Both the position numbers and the translations under genes were made by a program. Positions 24,660 to 37,272 of a DNA stretch of 64,000 bases are shown here, one piece after another. Position 1 is the stretch's first letter, and the number at the start of each line of letters is the position of its first letter. The stretch covers positions 236,346,001-236,410,000 of the forward strand of contig NC_086097.1 in assembly GCF_963921235.1 (NCBI RefSeq), given 5' to 3'. The stretch is from Mobula hypostoma (taxonomy: Eukaryota). The notes beneath the pieces are model-generated. The model saw only the letters and a list, made by a program, of their open reading frames with translations. It did not search any database and had not been told where the DNA came from.

Positions 24660-25820
24660 TAGACCATAAGACATAGGAGCAGAATTAGGACATTTGGTCC
24701 ATCAAGTCTACCCGACAATTCCATCATGGCTGGTTTATTATCCCTCTTAACCGCATTCTCTTGCCTTCTCCCTATAACTTCACTGATCAAGATCATATCA
24801 ACCTCTATTTTAAATATCCTCAATGATTTGCCTTTGACAGCCATCTGTGACAATAAATTCCTAAGATCCATCACCCTCTGGCTCAAGAACTTCCTCCTCA
24901 TCTCTGTTCTAAAGAGGCATCCGTCTATTCTCAGGCTGTGCCCTCTGGTCCTAGATTCACCCAATATAGGAAACATCCAGTCTATTTAAGCCTATGAAAA
25001 TATTTAATGGGTTTCAATGAGATACTTCCTCATTTTTCTAAACTCCAATGAGTACAGGCCCAGAGCCATCAAACGCTCCTCATACATTAACACTTACATT
25101 CCTAGGATCATGCTGATGAACCTCCTCAAGACACTGTCCAATGCTAGCACATCTTTTCTTAGGTAAGGGGCCTGAAACTACTGACAATACTCCGTGTGGT
25201 CTGACCAACACCTTATAAAGCCTCAGCATTACATGCTTGTTTTTATATTCTTGCCCTCTCAGAATGAATACAGTAATAACGTTGCATTTCCCTTACTAAC
25301 AACCAACTCAACCTGCAAGTTAAACTTTAGGGAATCCTGTACAGGGACTCTCAAATCCCTTTGCATCTTTGATTTTGTTTTTTCTCTCCCCCTTTTAGAA
25401 AACAGTCTGTGCTTTTATTCTTTCTACCAAAGTGCATGACCATACAATTCCCTACTCTATATTTCACCTGCCACTTCTTTGTCCATGCTCCTAATTTGTC
25501 GAAATCCTTCTGCAGACACCCTACTTCCTCATCACTAATTGCCCCTCCACCTCTCTTTGTATTGTCTGCAAACTTGGCCACAAAGCTATCAATTCCACAA
25601 TCCAAATTTATTGACATAAACATGAAAATAAGTGGTCCTAACACTGACTCCTGTAGAACACCACTAGTCACCGGCACTCAACCAGAAAAGGCCCCCTTTA
25701 TTCTCACTCTGTGCCTCCTGCCAAACAGCCAATTCTCTATCCATGCTTGTATCTTACCATGAGCTCTTATCATTTAGCAGCATCATGTACGGCAATTTGT
25801 GAAATGCCCTCTGAAAGTCA
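24660..25820 (-). mobile_element. CR1 3' fragment (RT C-terminal half)
   Basis: VTSGVLQESVLGPL...VAKFADNTK and ESRTRGHSLRI..QRVMDL, with a (TCTTATGG) tail. Confidence 0.9.
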
Positions 25821-25839
25821 CAGTAAATTGGTCACTTAC

Positions 25840-26352
25840 ATGCAAGGAAAGATATCAATAAGATTGAAAGAGCATAGAGAACATTTACAAGGATGTTTCT
25901 GGGACTTGATGACCTGAGTTACAGGGAAAGGTTGTATTGGTGAGGACTTTATTCCCTGGAGCATAGGAGAATGAGGGGAGATTTGATGGAAGTATACAAA
26001 ATCTTAAGGGTATAGCTAGGGTAATTGCAAGTAGGCTTTTTCCACTGAGGTTGGACAAGACTAGAACTAGAGGTGATAGGTTAAGGGTGAAAGGTGAATA
26101 TTTAAGAGGAACCTGTGAGGAACTTCTTCATTCTGAGGGTGGAGTGTGTGCGGCATGAGATGCCAGCAGAAGTAGTGGGTGCAAGTTCAATCTCAGTATT
26201 TAAAAGACATCTGGGTAAGTACATAAATGGGAGGAGTATGGAAGGCTGCAGTGAGTGTATGGCGATGGCACTAGGCAGAATAACAGTTTGTCATGACTAG
26301 ACAGGCCAAATAGTCTGGTTCTGTGTTCCAGTATGCTATGAATCTATGACAT
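25840..26352 (+). mobile_element. CR1 3' fragment
   Basis: RRMRGDLMEVYKIL and RNFFILRVECV remnants. Confidence 0.8.
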
Positions 26353-26597
26353 AGTTAGCATTTGTGGAGAGAGGAACAGGTGATGTTTCAGTGTGCTGAA
26401 CTTTATCTGAATTCTCAGCTCCCATACAAAACTGATGACTTGTTATCTGAATTGTTGAATTGGGCGTTGAGTCCTAGAATTATTATATGTCAAGTCAGAA
26501 GATGAAATACTGCTGCATTTTTGGTTCCTGTTCTGGTGTTACTGTCTTTAGACTCCACACTTGGAGTCTAAAGACAGTAACACCAGAACAGGAGCCA

Positions 26598-26845
26598 CCC
26601 CCCCTCCCCTTTTTCTTTCTCTCCAGGCTTCCCATCCCATGATCCTTTCCCTTCTCCAGCTTCCCCCCCATCTGTCTTCTCCTATCATTTCAGATCTCCC
26701 TCTCCCCATCCCACTTTCAAATCTCTTACTATCTCTTCTTTCAGTTAGTCCTGACGAAGGGTCCCGGCCCGAAACGTCGACTGTACCTTTTCCTATAGAT
26801 GCTGCCTGACCTGCTGTGTTCACCAGCACTTTTTGTATGTGTTGT
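26598..26845 (+). mobile_element. Penelope terminal-repeat fragment
   Basis: Near-identical to 5720-5960. Confidence 0.85.
26747..26782 (+). ncRNA. Minimal hammerhead ribozyme motif (consensus-perfect)
   Basis: AGTC-CTGACGA-A-GGGT-CCCG-GCCC-GAAAC-GTC-GACT. Confidence 0.8.
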
Positions 26846-27419
26846 ATGAGAATTAAAGTGTCAGGAAGCTGGAATGATGGATCAAAGGTGCTCATTAAAG
26901 CAGAAACGTAGTCTGCAGTTGATTTGCCCTGTGTTGGAGACACTTCACTGAAAGCAACAAATGCGAAAGGTTAAACTGGAAAAGATATATGTGAACATCT
27001 TGTGATAAGCACAGTTGGGGTTTGGCCCCATTTGAAGTATAAGACCAATCGACCACATGATATAGGAGCAGAATTAGGCCATTTGGCCCATCAAGTCTGC
27101 TCTGACATTTCATCAATGGTGATCCAATTTTCCTCTCAGCCTCAATCTCCTGTCATCTCCATGTATCCCAACATGCCCTGACCAATCAAAAAAATATCAA
27201 CCTCGGCCTAAAATACACATAAAGAACTTGGCCTCCACAGCTACGTGTGGCAAAGAATTCCCTAGATGTCTGAGGCCCTGACGACTGAAATGGCATAATA
27301 CTACCTAAGTTAAAAACTGAAGGATATCCAGTATCTGCAGGATTTTCTCATGTTTGTTAAAAACTAAAGGTCATTTATCTCCCCATCTTATCTGAGATCA
27401 GGGAAATGAACTTCAAAGG

Positions 27420-27500
27420 TGGAATACGTAAGATGAGTTTGTTGGAATAAGTAAGAGGAGTTTGTTGGAATAAGTAAGAGGAGTTTGTTGGAATAAGTAA
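27420..27500 (+). repeat. 23-bp tandem repeat, about 3.5 copies
   Basis: (GAGTTTGTTGGAATAAGTAAGAG)n. Confidence 0.9.
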
Positions 27501-27524
27501 AAGACCAATAGGATGCTTTACTGA

Positions 27525-28255
27525 GATCAGAATCAGAATGAAAATCAGGTTTATTATCACTGACACAAGAGAGTCTGCAGATGCTGGAAATGCAAAGCAA
27601 CACACAGAAAATGCTGGAGAACTCAGCAGGTCAGGCAACATCTATTGAAATAGAGAAACAGTCGATGTTTCAGGCTGAGACCCTTCATCAGGAATCAAGG
27701 ATAGATGCCTGACCTGCTTGATCTGCTGAGTTCCTCCAGCATTTCATGTGTGTTATTATCACTGACATATGTTATGAAGCTTTTTTGTCTTGTAGCAGCA
27801 GTACAGAGCAATACATAAAGACTAACTCTATTTTACAATAAGAAGTATATAAGAAGTAAATAAGTAGAGCAAAGAGAGAGAAGATTAGTGTTTATGGACC
27901 ATTTAGAAATCTGATGGCAGAAACTCTTCCTAAAGTGTTAACTATCAGTCTTCAGGCTCCAGTACTTCCATCCTAATTGTAGTAATGAGAAGAGGGCATG
28001 TCTGGATAGTGGGAGTCCTTAATGATGGATGCCATCTTCTAGAGACACTGGTCCCTGAACATGTCCTCAACAGTGGGAGGCTAGTGGAGCTGGCTGAGTT
28101 TACAACCCTCTGAAGCCTCTTTCAATCCTATATGTTCAATCATCCACGTCAGGTGGTGATGCAGCCAGCCAGACTGCTCAATACATTTGTAAAAATTTGC
28201 TGCAGACTTTGCTAACATACCAGATCTCTTCAAACTCCCAATGAAGCATACCCTT
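27525..28255 (-). mobile_element. Rex1/Babar 3' fragment
   Basis: SLKRSGMLAKSAANFYKCIE remnant and (TCAGAA)n tail. Confidence 0.7.
27566..27752. mobile_element. Penelope-derived foldback mini-element with minus-strand hammerhead remnant (27660-27695)
   Basis: 15-bp TSD ttattatcactgaca at 27551-27565 and 27753-27767, with inverted arms. Confidence 0.85.
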
Positions 28256-29635
28256 AAAATAGCAAGTAGAGCACTGAGCAATGATTTAATGCAGACTATT
28301 GAACTGCATCCAGGGTTCATGGGATGTTATTCTGATGAGGGAAGGTGACTGGATAGATCAGGTATAATTATTTCAACAGAGACGATGGCGAATATTTGTG
28401 CTAAAGTGCTCAAAAAGTCATCAAGGTTGATAGCATCAGTAATCTTAATGGGGAATTGGGCAAGCTATTAGCAAAAAAATCAGTTCAAGGATATATGCAG
28501 TGAACCAAATATATTCTGTTTTTGAACTCAGAACAGAAAAAAAATCGGCCTAATAGTTATTAGTCTTTTACATCAGTGTGATAGCAATCTAAGTCTGACC
28601 AATAAGGAGGTTAGAGGGTGTTGGCTTGTTTAATCAAAACAGAAGGTTTTGGGAAGATATCAATCAAGTATTCAAGACATTAAGAATATGTGTAAATTGA
28701 AACCGATTGATCTCTACAAGAGATTCACAAGACAGAATCTGGAGTCAGGGCTCAAGCCATTGGAAGGCGGGAGTTCAGAAGACAGAAAGGAAGGATGGAA
28801 AGATGTGTATTCGGATCCACAGGGATACCACAACCAATGATGTGGCTTTCAACAGTTGTCCTTGTTGTACGTACGGTAGAGACTGCAAGAGGAAGAATGC
28901 TAAAAAAAAACAATCTTTTAGCTGCCCACCTAAAAGATTGGAGAAAGATGGTTTGAAAACAAAAAGGTAGATGGGATATGAGTGACTGAAGAAAGTTGGT
29001 AAAGGGAATAGTCATCTCCACCACAGGCTTGGCAGCAGTCCCCAGGAACCCCCCTGGTCAGCTCTTAGAAAGAGCTGCCCATGACATCATTACATGGTGA
29101 CCAGGATGAACATTGTGGAAATAATGGCTAAAGACACAAATGGGGACAATAGTCCATCCGTTACCTGCTTGGTCCTTGGGGTAAGTCAATGTCAGTTCTG
29201 GTCCTTAGGATACTCACAATGCCTTGGCTCATTTGATGCTGTTCTTCAGACCACAAACCACAATTAGCCTGGGACAAGGAACTAGATTGGCTCCACGACC
29301 AACAATTCAGCAAGACCTTGGACCAGAGATCCAGGGATGTGGGACCTAAGAACTCGAAGCATAGGAATCAGGGTTGAACCTGGCCTGATCAATTGGGCTT
29401 ACACAGATCTAAGTACATTTCCAGCTCTTGATAAAGTTATCTCACATTGGTGGACTTAGTGTTGTCACTACAGAATGTGGTGAATCCATGGAATTCATTG
29501 CTGTAGACAGCTAAGGAGGCCAAGTCACGGGGTACATTTAAATTTGAAGCTTAAAAGGTTCTTGACCAGTTTGTTTGTTCATTATGTGCCATGTCATACA
29601 AAAGTGATTTGCCATGCCTTCTGGGCAGTGTCTTT

Positions 29636-30550
29636 AGTCGTAGTCATAGTCATAGTCATACTTTATTGATCCCGAGGGAAACTGGGTTTCGTTACAGTTG
29701 CACCAACCAAGAATAGAGTATAAATATAGCAAAATAAAACCATAAATAATTAAATAATTATATGTAAATTATGCCAGGAAATAAGTCCAGGGCCAGCCTA
29801 TTGGCTCAGGGCGTCTGACCCTCCAAGGAAGGAGTTGTAAAATTTGATGGCCACAGGCAGGAATGACTTCCTATAGTGCTCAGTGTTGCATATCGGTAGA
29901 ATGAGTCTCTGGCTGAATGTACTCCTGTGCCCACCCATTATGCAGTGGATGGGAGACATTGTCCAAGATGGCATGCAACTTGGACAGCATCCTCTTTTCA
30001 GACACCACTGTGAGAGTCCAGTTCCATCCCCACAACATCACTGGCCTTACGAATGAGTTTGTTGATTCTGTTGGTGTCTGCTACCCTCAGCCTGCTGCCC
30101 CAGCACACAACAGCAAACATGATCGCACTGGCGACCACAGACTCATAGAACATCCTCAGCATCGTCCGACAGATGTTAAAGGACCTCAGTCTCCTCAAGA
30201 ACTAGAGACGGCTCTGACCCTTCTTGTAGACAGCCTCAGTGTTCTTTGGCCAGTCCAGTTTATTGTCAATTTGTACCCCCAGGTATTTGTAATCCTCCAC
30301 CATGTCCACACTGATCCCCTGGATGGAAACAGGGGTCACCGGTGCCTTAGCTCTCCTCAGATCCATCACCAGCTCCTTAGTCTTTTTCACATTAAACTGC
30401 AGATAATTCTGCTCACACCATGTGACAAAATTTCCTACCGTAGCCCTGTACTCAGCCTCATCTCCCTTGCTGATGCACCCCAACTATGGCAAAGTCATCA
30501 GAAAACTTCTGAAGATGGCAAGATTCCGTGCAGTAGTTGAAGTCCGAGGT
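29636..30550 (-). mobile_element. Rex1/Babar LINE fragment (young)
   Basis: LQKFSDD...FVTWCEQNYLQFNVKKTKELVMD...YKYLGVQIDNKLDW...KGQSRL..LRRLRSFNI, with an (AGTCAT)n tail at 29636-29660. Confidence 0.92.
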
Positions 30551-30729
30551 GACCTCATCTTTACAAGATAGGTGACCCCAGCCATTATCAATACCAATCA
30601 GAGATTGACTGCCTGGTGCATAACCAGGACTTGTGATATGCACTAGCCGCTCATATGACCATCCGCCACCTGCTCCCATGGTCTCATGTGGCACTGATCA
30701 CGAGGAGGTTAAGCAGGTGCTACATTTTG

Positions 30730-30933
30730 CCGGCTAGTAGCATCACACTAGACTTCAAGTAAGATGGTTCTGAGTTCAAACCCAGCTGGACCCCAACCTG
30801 GGCAGCAGCAGTATCAGTGCGGAAGAAAGACCTGGCAATCTACTTCGTTATCTTGCCATGAATACCCTGTGGACCCTATGGTGCATGAGATCATGAAGAG
30901 TTGGACTCGACTAAAAGACTGAACAACAGCAAA
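30730..30933 (+). mobile_element. tRNA-headed SINE with RTE/BovB-like 3' tail
   Basis: B-box-like GAGTTCAAACCC (30771-30782). Tail ggcaatctacttcgttatcttgccatgaataccctgtggac...catgagatcatgaagagttggactcgactaaaagactgaacaac resembles BovB and Sauria SINE ends. Confidence 0.6.
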
Positions 30934-31384
30934 CACTTTGCCCAATTGTGACCTGAAGGGAAGGAGTGCCTTACTCCTCCTGTGGTAGAGTCGTATCTCC
31001 ACCCATTGGTAAGAATAAGCATGATTAGTGTTAATCATTAGTGTTAAAGATTACAGGGAGCAGGCAGGAGAATAAGTTTGAGAGGGAAAATAAATCAGCA
31101 AATCAATTTTCTAATGGCGGAGCAAATTCATTGGGCCGGAAGGTCTAATTCTGCTCCCATGTCTTATGGTCTTAAAATAGGTACATCACTTCTGGGGACA
31201 GGTCTAGTAAAGTAGAAAGGAGCCCTGAAGATGTGGCAAGATTAAGGGGCAATGCATGAAGTAGCAAAGAGGCAGTGAGTTAGCATGAGAAGAGGCAATA
31301 GAGTAGCCGTTAGAAGGTATTAGAGAGGCGGCAAGTGTAAAGGCAAGGATGCAGTTTATGGAGCAGGAAGAGAAATAGCATTTA

Positions 31385-31456
31385 CAGTACTGTGCAAAAG
31401 TCTTAGGCACATATACAGTATATAACTAGGGTGCCTAAGACTTTTGCACAGTGCTG
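31385..31456. mobile_element. Tiny Tc1/mariner-like hairpin (two 26-bp TIRs)
   Basis: TA-CAGTACTGTGCAAAAGTCTTAGGCAC...GTGCCTAAGACTTTTGCACAGTGCTG. Related copies at 37113-37181 and 39171-39228. Confidence 0.8.
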
Positions 31457-31510
31457 TGTATTGCACTGTACTGCTGCCGGGAAAGCAAAACAAACTTCAT
31501 GGCTCTGATA

Positions 31511-32174
31511 TAGAAACATAGAAACATAGAAACATAGAAAATAGGTGCAGGAGTAGGCCATTCGGCCCTTTGAGCCTGCACCGCCATTTATTATGATCAT
31601 GGCTGATCATCCAACTCAGAACCCAGCCTTCCCTCCATACCCCCTGACCCCTGTAGCCACAAGGGCCATATCTAACTTCCTTTTAAACATAGCTAATGAA
31701 CTGGCCTCAACAGTTTGCTGTGGCAGAGAATTCCACAGATTCACCACTCTCTGTGTGAAGAAGTTTTTCCTAATCTCGGTCCTAAAAGGCTTCCCCTCTA
31801 TCCTCAAACTGTGACCCCTCGTTCTGGACCTCCCCAACATCGGGAACAATCTTCCCGCATCTAGCCTGTCCAATCCCTTTAGGATCTTATACGTTTCAAT
31901 CAGATCCCCCCTCAATCTTCTAAATTCCAACGAGTACAAGCCCAGTTCATCCAGTCTTTCTTCATATGAAAGACCTGCCATCCCAGGAATCAATCTGGTG
32001 AACCTTCTTTGTACTCCCTCTATGGCAAAGATGTCTTTCCTCAGATTAGGGGACCAAAACTGCACACAATACTCCAGGTGTGGTCTCACCAAGGCCTTGT
32101 ACAACTGCAGTAGTACCTCCCTGCTCCTGTACTCGAATCCTCTCGCTATAAATGCCAGCATACCGTTCGCCTTT
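31511..32174 (-). mobile_element. Young CR1 3' fragment, open reading frame intact
   Basis: KANGMLAFIARGFEYRSREVLLQLYKALVRPHLEYCVQFWSP...NFFTQRVVNLWNSLP, with a (TAGAAACA)n tail. Confidence 0.95.
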
Positions 32175-32829
32175 TGATTCTCTGTTGTGGACTGAGAGTG
32201 GGAAGGGGATAGGAAGAGGGGAATCATGGTTGGAAAGAGGGGAAGGGACAGGGGAGGGACCAGGAAGCATCAGAGAGACATTGTGTGATGATCAATAAAC
32301 GAATTGTGTGGAATCAATTAACCTTTCCTGGTGTCTCAGGGCTGGGTGTGTCTGCACCTGCACCACCCCTCTCCCCTGGCACTCCCTCTCTGCCACCCGT
32401 CCCAACCCCTCCCACAGTGCTCCATCCTCACTATTTCCAACATCCTTCACTCCCACCAGATTTACAAATTCAGTCTTTGCTCCTCGATTCATGAATTTAT
32501 ACATTTTCCATTCTTTTGTCTGTGTTCTCACTTTCTGATGGCTTCCATTCACTCATTGACTAGGCACCTGTTTACAGCTGACTCATGTGGCCAGCCAGGC
32601 TCCCACCTCCTTGATCCACCCTTAAAATGACCTTTTCTTCACTCCTTCCCAGTTCAAGTCATAGAACACTACGGCACTTAAACAAGCCTTTCAGCTCCTC
32701 CAGTTTGCACCATTCTATTACTCTGCCTAATCTCATCGACCTGCACCCAGACCATAGCTCTCCACAGTCCTCCCATCCACCTACCTATCTAAATATTTTC
32801 ATAAATGTTGAAACCGAACCCACATCCAC

Positions 32830-32966
32830 CACAAACAAGAGAAAAATCTGCAGATGCTGGGAATCTGAGCAACGCACATGGAATGCTGGAGGAACTCAGC
32901 AGGCCAGGCAGCACCTTTGGAAAAAAGTACAGTCATTGTTTTGGGCCGAGACCCTTCATCAGTCCT
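32830..32966 (-). mobile_element. Penelope terminal-repeat fragment with decayed hammerhead
   Basis: acaagagaaaaatctgcagatgctgg...ttgggccgagacccttcatcag. Confidence 0.7.
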
Positions 32967-33959
32967 TAAAATGCACGCAGTATGGCAGGAACTGGTGGGA
33001 AGAGAGAGTGGGGTCTGGTGGCGAAGGTTTTTACCTGTTCTGGAACATCATACTAATGTACATCTACATGTGAGATGGGATGGGGTGCCCCTTGAGTTGG
33101 TCTGCCTTGAGGAGATCTATAGTGGGGTGGGGAGTGGTTTATGGGGCTGTACATGAGTTCAAAGAAAACTACCTTCCCTACTTTGTGTGGTTTTCAGTGA
33201 TCCCTTTTGTATCTAAGTACGTAAGAGTCCCCAGTCTAGATTAAATTAACAATTCCCAATTGTTAACTATTCCCAATACTCTAATTTGATAGATCCAATA
33301 GGCCTAGTAATTAGGCTTACTTTCGACTATTTGGGGAGTAGGTGTTGTTTTCAGGCCTAATTCTTAGGCTTCATTTAGACCATTTATGGAGTAAGCTTGA
33401 AATGTTTCAATCCATTTCCTCTTTTTCTTTGAAGGTTTGACTAGTTCATGTAACTTTACAAGACTAGGATCTCCAAAGACTGGATCCCATGCCGCTGAAA
33501 ACGTCTGTAACAGGTCTGTTCTGGTCTTCCTTTGCAATGTTACTAGGTGCCCTGCGGATACTTCTGATCTGCCCTCCAGTTTAAGTAATGCACATTCTAG
33601 GACTGTAGATTTGTAGAATATACTCTAACCAATTACACACTTCTGTGTATTATTCTTGTACATTGTTCTTCATGGTCTCACCTTCTCTCATTTACGATTT
33701 CTGTCAATAATTATGTTTTTAAGTAGCCTTCACGCTGTTTCTAATAAGTTATTACTGATCTTTTATATCCGTGCTACTTCCCTACACTCATCCCACATCC
33801 TTTGATTATTTTAATATAGAAAATTCTACCTCAGAAAATAATCTCATAGAATTCTGGATTTTGAACCCCAAGGGATAGGATGCAAGAATAAAAACTAAGT
33901 TGTAGTTGTGCAAATCCTGCTTTTCCCTCACACTGAGCATTGTAAACATTTATATGCAT

Positions 33960-34330
33960 AAACACAAGAGATTCTGCAGATGCTGGAAATCCAGAGCAAC
34001 ACACAGAGGAACTCAGCAGGTCAGGTAGCATCGATGAAAATGAATAAACAGTCAATGCCTTGGGATGAGTCCCTTCTTCAAGACTGGAAAGGAAGGGAGA
34101 AAACACCAGGATAAAAACGCTGGGGGGCAGGGAAAAGAGGAGTAACTAGAGGAGACAGGTGGAGCCAAGTGGGTAGGAAAAGTAAAGAGCCTAGGAAGAA
34201 TGAATCTGATAAGACAGGAAAGTGGGCCATGGCAGAAAGGGAAGGAGGAGGGGTACCGGGGGAGGTGAGAGCCAGGTGAAGAGAAGAGGTGAGAGGCCAG
34301 AGTAGAGAAGAGAAGAAGATGGAAGGAGGA
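33960..34330 (-). mobile_element. Older Penelope terminal-repeat fragment
   Basis: aacacaagagattctgcagatgctggaaat head, decayed hammerhead near 34050-34085, purine-rich body. Confidence 0.7.
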
Positions 34331-34448
34331 TGAGTATTGGTATTTGGATTGCTTGGCCTAAATTAACAGCTGAAAACACACATTGGGGAAATAACACATT
34401 TCCGTTTTCCGAGTAAAAGGAGCAATTTGATTTTTTCCCTTCAAAATA

Positions 34449-34947
34449 CAGGTGACCCCCCCGCTTTATGAAAGTTCGCTTTACGCCACTTCGCTTTTAC
34501 GAAAGACCTACATTATTACCTGTTTTCGCTAACTGAAAGAAATCGAAGAGGATTTTCGCTTTTACGAAAAAAGGCGCCCGCTTTAAACTTGTGTTTACCC
34601 TGAGAAAGACTACCATTACCGTGAAACTGCGCAGGCACATACGTGTACGAACTGATTTTTTTCTACAAATCGGTTTTGGCTAAATCTTCCCAATTCTGAT
34701 AGGTGAAACTACACTGTATATACATTATTCCTACTTTATATAGGCTGTGTATTTATCATATCATTCCTGCTTTTACTATATGTTAGTGTTATTTTAGGTT
34801 TTATGTGCTATTTGGTATGATTTGGTAGGGTTTTTTTGGTCTGGGAATGGTCAAAAATTTTTCCCATATAAATTAATGGTAATTGCTTCTTCGCTTTACA
34901 AAAATTTTCATAGGAACACTCTACTTTTGGATAGTGGAGGAAACCTG
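34449..34947 (+). mobile_element. Tigger/pogo-derived MITE
   Basis: TA|CAGGTGACCCCCC...GGAGGAAACCTG|TA. Homologous to both ends of 59877-61490. Confidence 0.88.
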
Positions 34948-37272
34948 TAATAAGCATACTGAAAGTTAGATTTCTGTTTATTGTGGCATCTTGGATGAGA
35001 AGTCAAAGTTTTGAAGCACTTTTACACTTTTTGTAACTGGCACTGAGGCTGAATAAGTCAGTCTAAACTATAAAATTTACAATGGTTTTATTTTCATTAA
35101 TCAAAGACGCTAAAGAGTAGGTTTACATAACAGGTAGATATATAAGAACATAAGAAATAGGAGCAGGAGTAGGCCTATATATACAGTATATGAAGTTAGC
35201 TCCAGTTTGCCCCGAATTTAGAGAATACTTTTATTTTTTTTACTTCTGCCCTGATGTTTAGAAAATATTGTTAAATCTTTACAGAAGATTTCAGTTTTAA
35301 GTACTTAGAGGTTTTTTGTTTCCTCTCCAGATGTTTTCTGCAACCCCTACTACGCTGTAATTACATAACATGAAAAATTATGTTTGACTTAGAACTCAGC
35401 ATAATTCCATTGAACAGTAGAAATAGCTTGAGGAGCTTTTAGGTCCTTTCCGATTCCAATATTCCTAGTAAAAGGACAAGCACCTGCACCTATGTTTATT
35501 CATGAGCTATACAGTACATGGGAGTGTTGGGTTTAGTATTAATTACATTTCCTGCATGGGATTGCTGCAGGCACAGGAAAGATAATTTGAAGGGATTCCA
35601 ATGCACTTTTCTGACAGGAAGTTAAAAACATTGATACATATATTTTTCTCCCTGATGTACTTAGGAACTTCTGTTAAACTATCTCTGTGGACTGAAACAT
35701 TGATGATATTTTTTCAAACAAAAGTGGGAATTATACTGCTGAGATCTATCTCTGAACCTGTGAGAGAACAGGTGAAGGCTGCTGGATAAATTACTGACGG
35801 CAATAAGTATTTGTCTCTCGTGCAGAAGGAGTTGTGGTGAGAAAATCAAAAGAGGCCAACAAAGTATTAAATACATGTACTGTAGGGAATTATTTCAAGT
35901 CAGTAGTTCCTATTGATGAGCTCAGTGCCAAAGCTGCCTTTCAACTTACCATTAAACAATTTTTTAAAAATCTTCCTGTAAAACAAATATTCCCCATAAA
36001 ACAAAAAAAAACAGTGGAATTACAACATGTTATTCACTAAGAAGATGTACTTCATCTTAGCTTAAAGTGAGGGATTGACTCTCCTTCATCAACAGTGAAA
36101 TATTGTCCACTGACACACTCCAATTTTCAGACAAGCTACACTCTCTTTAAGATGTCAATATCTCTTTAAAATGAATTTTTCTCCTGTCCATGGGCAATTA
36201 GTGAGATAGAAAAGTCCACTGGAAAGTTTCAATCAAGCTAATGCAAACTGCCTATCACAACTTCCCCTCTAAACAGGCCAGCAAGCAATTCAATTCCTCA
36301 TAAGTGCTGGCATAGCCAGCAAAGTCTACATATACACGTAGAAGATATATATGTATACCATCAAACAAGACAACATTTCTCTGAATCAGGGTGTAAATCA
36401 CAGTAGTACACATAACACACAATAACTTAGGAAAGTAAGAGTTAAATCTACAAATGAATTATGCATGGATAAATAAAGTGCATAAATTAAATATTGTAGG
36501 GTACAGTATAAATTATCTGGTGACACTTCAAATGCGATGTGGCAGGGAATCCAGAAGCCAAATGGTCTGAGCTGTTTCCCATCCTGACTGTTATTGTCTT
36601 TAGGCATCAGAGTCTCCTGCCTAATGGTAGATAGTCAAAGAGGATGCTGAATGGATGGGTGGGATTCTTGATAACACTAAACACCCTGCATACTCAGCAC
36701 TCCTGATAAATGTCTATGATGGACGGTAGGGAAACCCCTATGATCCTCTTGGCCGTTCTCACAGTCCTTTGAAGGGACTTCCAATCCGATGCTCTGATCC
36801 ATGAATATAGAGGACATAGGGACTTTTAAAGGGAATTAGAAGGCTGTAGTGAAATCATCACAGAAAAGGTAAGAAGAATCCAAAATCATTCTATAAGTAT
36901 ATTATGTTTAAGTGTGAAGCCAGGAAAAAGGGTAACCTATAAGTGTAACTAGAGAATATGGGAGAGGTTCTAAATGAATAGTTTTTATTTGAATTCACTA
37001 AATAGGAGATAGAGGATCGTGAGTTCAGGGAGGGATATATTGATAATCTGTGCCATTGCAGGTATTAAGTAAATGGAGTTGTTGGACGTCTTGGAACAAG
37101 TAAGGGTAGATACGGTACTGTGCAAGTCTTTGGCACATATGCAGTGTATACATAGAGTGCCCAAGACTTCTGCACCACAGTATCATAGTAATTTTATATA
37201 TTGCACTATACTGCTGCCGCAAAAAAAAACAAATTTCACAACATGTGGGAGATGATAAGTCTGATTCTGATA

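Noticed and set aside
29917..30540. 207-aa plus-strand ORF
   Set aside because: Antisense shadow of the Rex1/Babar RT.
33340..33640. Open minus-strand stretch containing FSAAWDPV, possibly an L1/Tx1 C-terminus
   Set aside because: Similarity is too weak to assign without a profile search.
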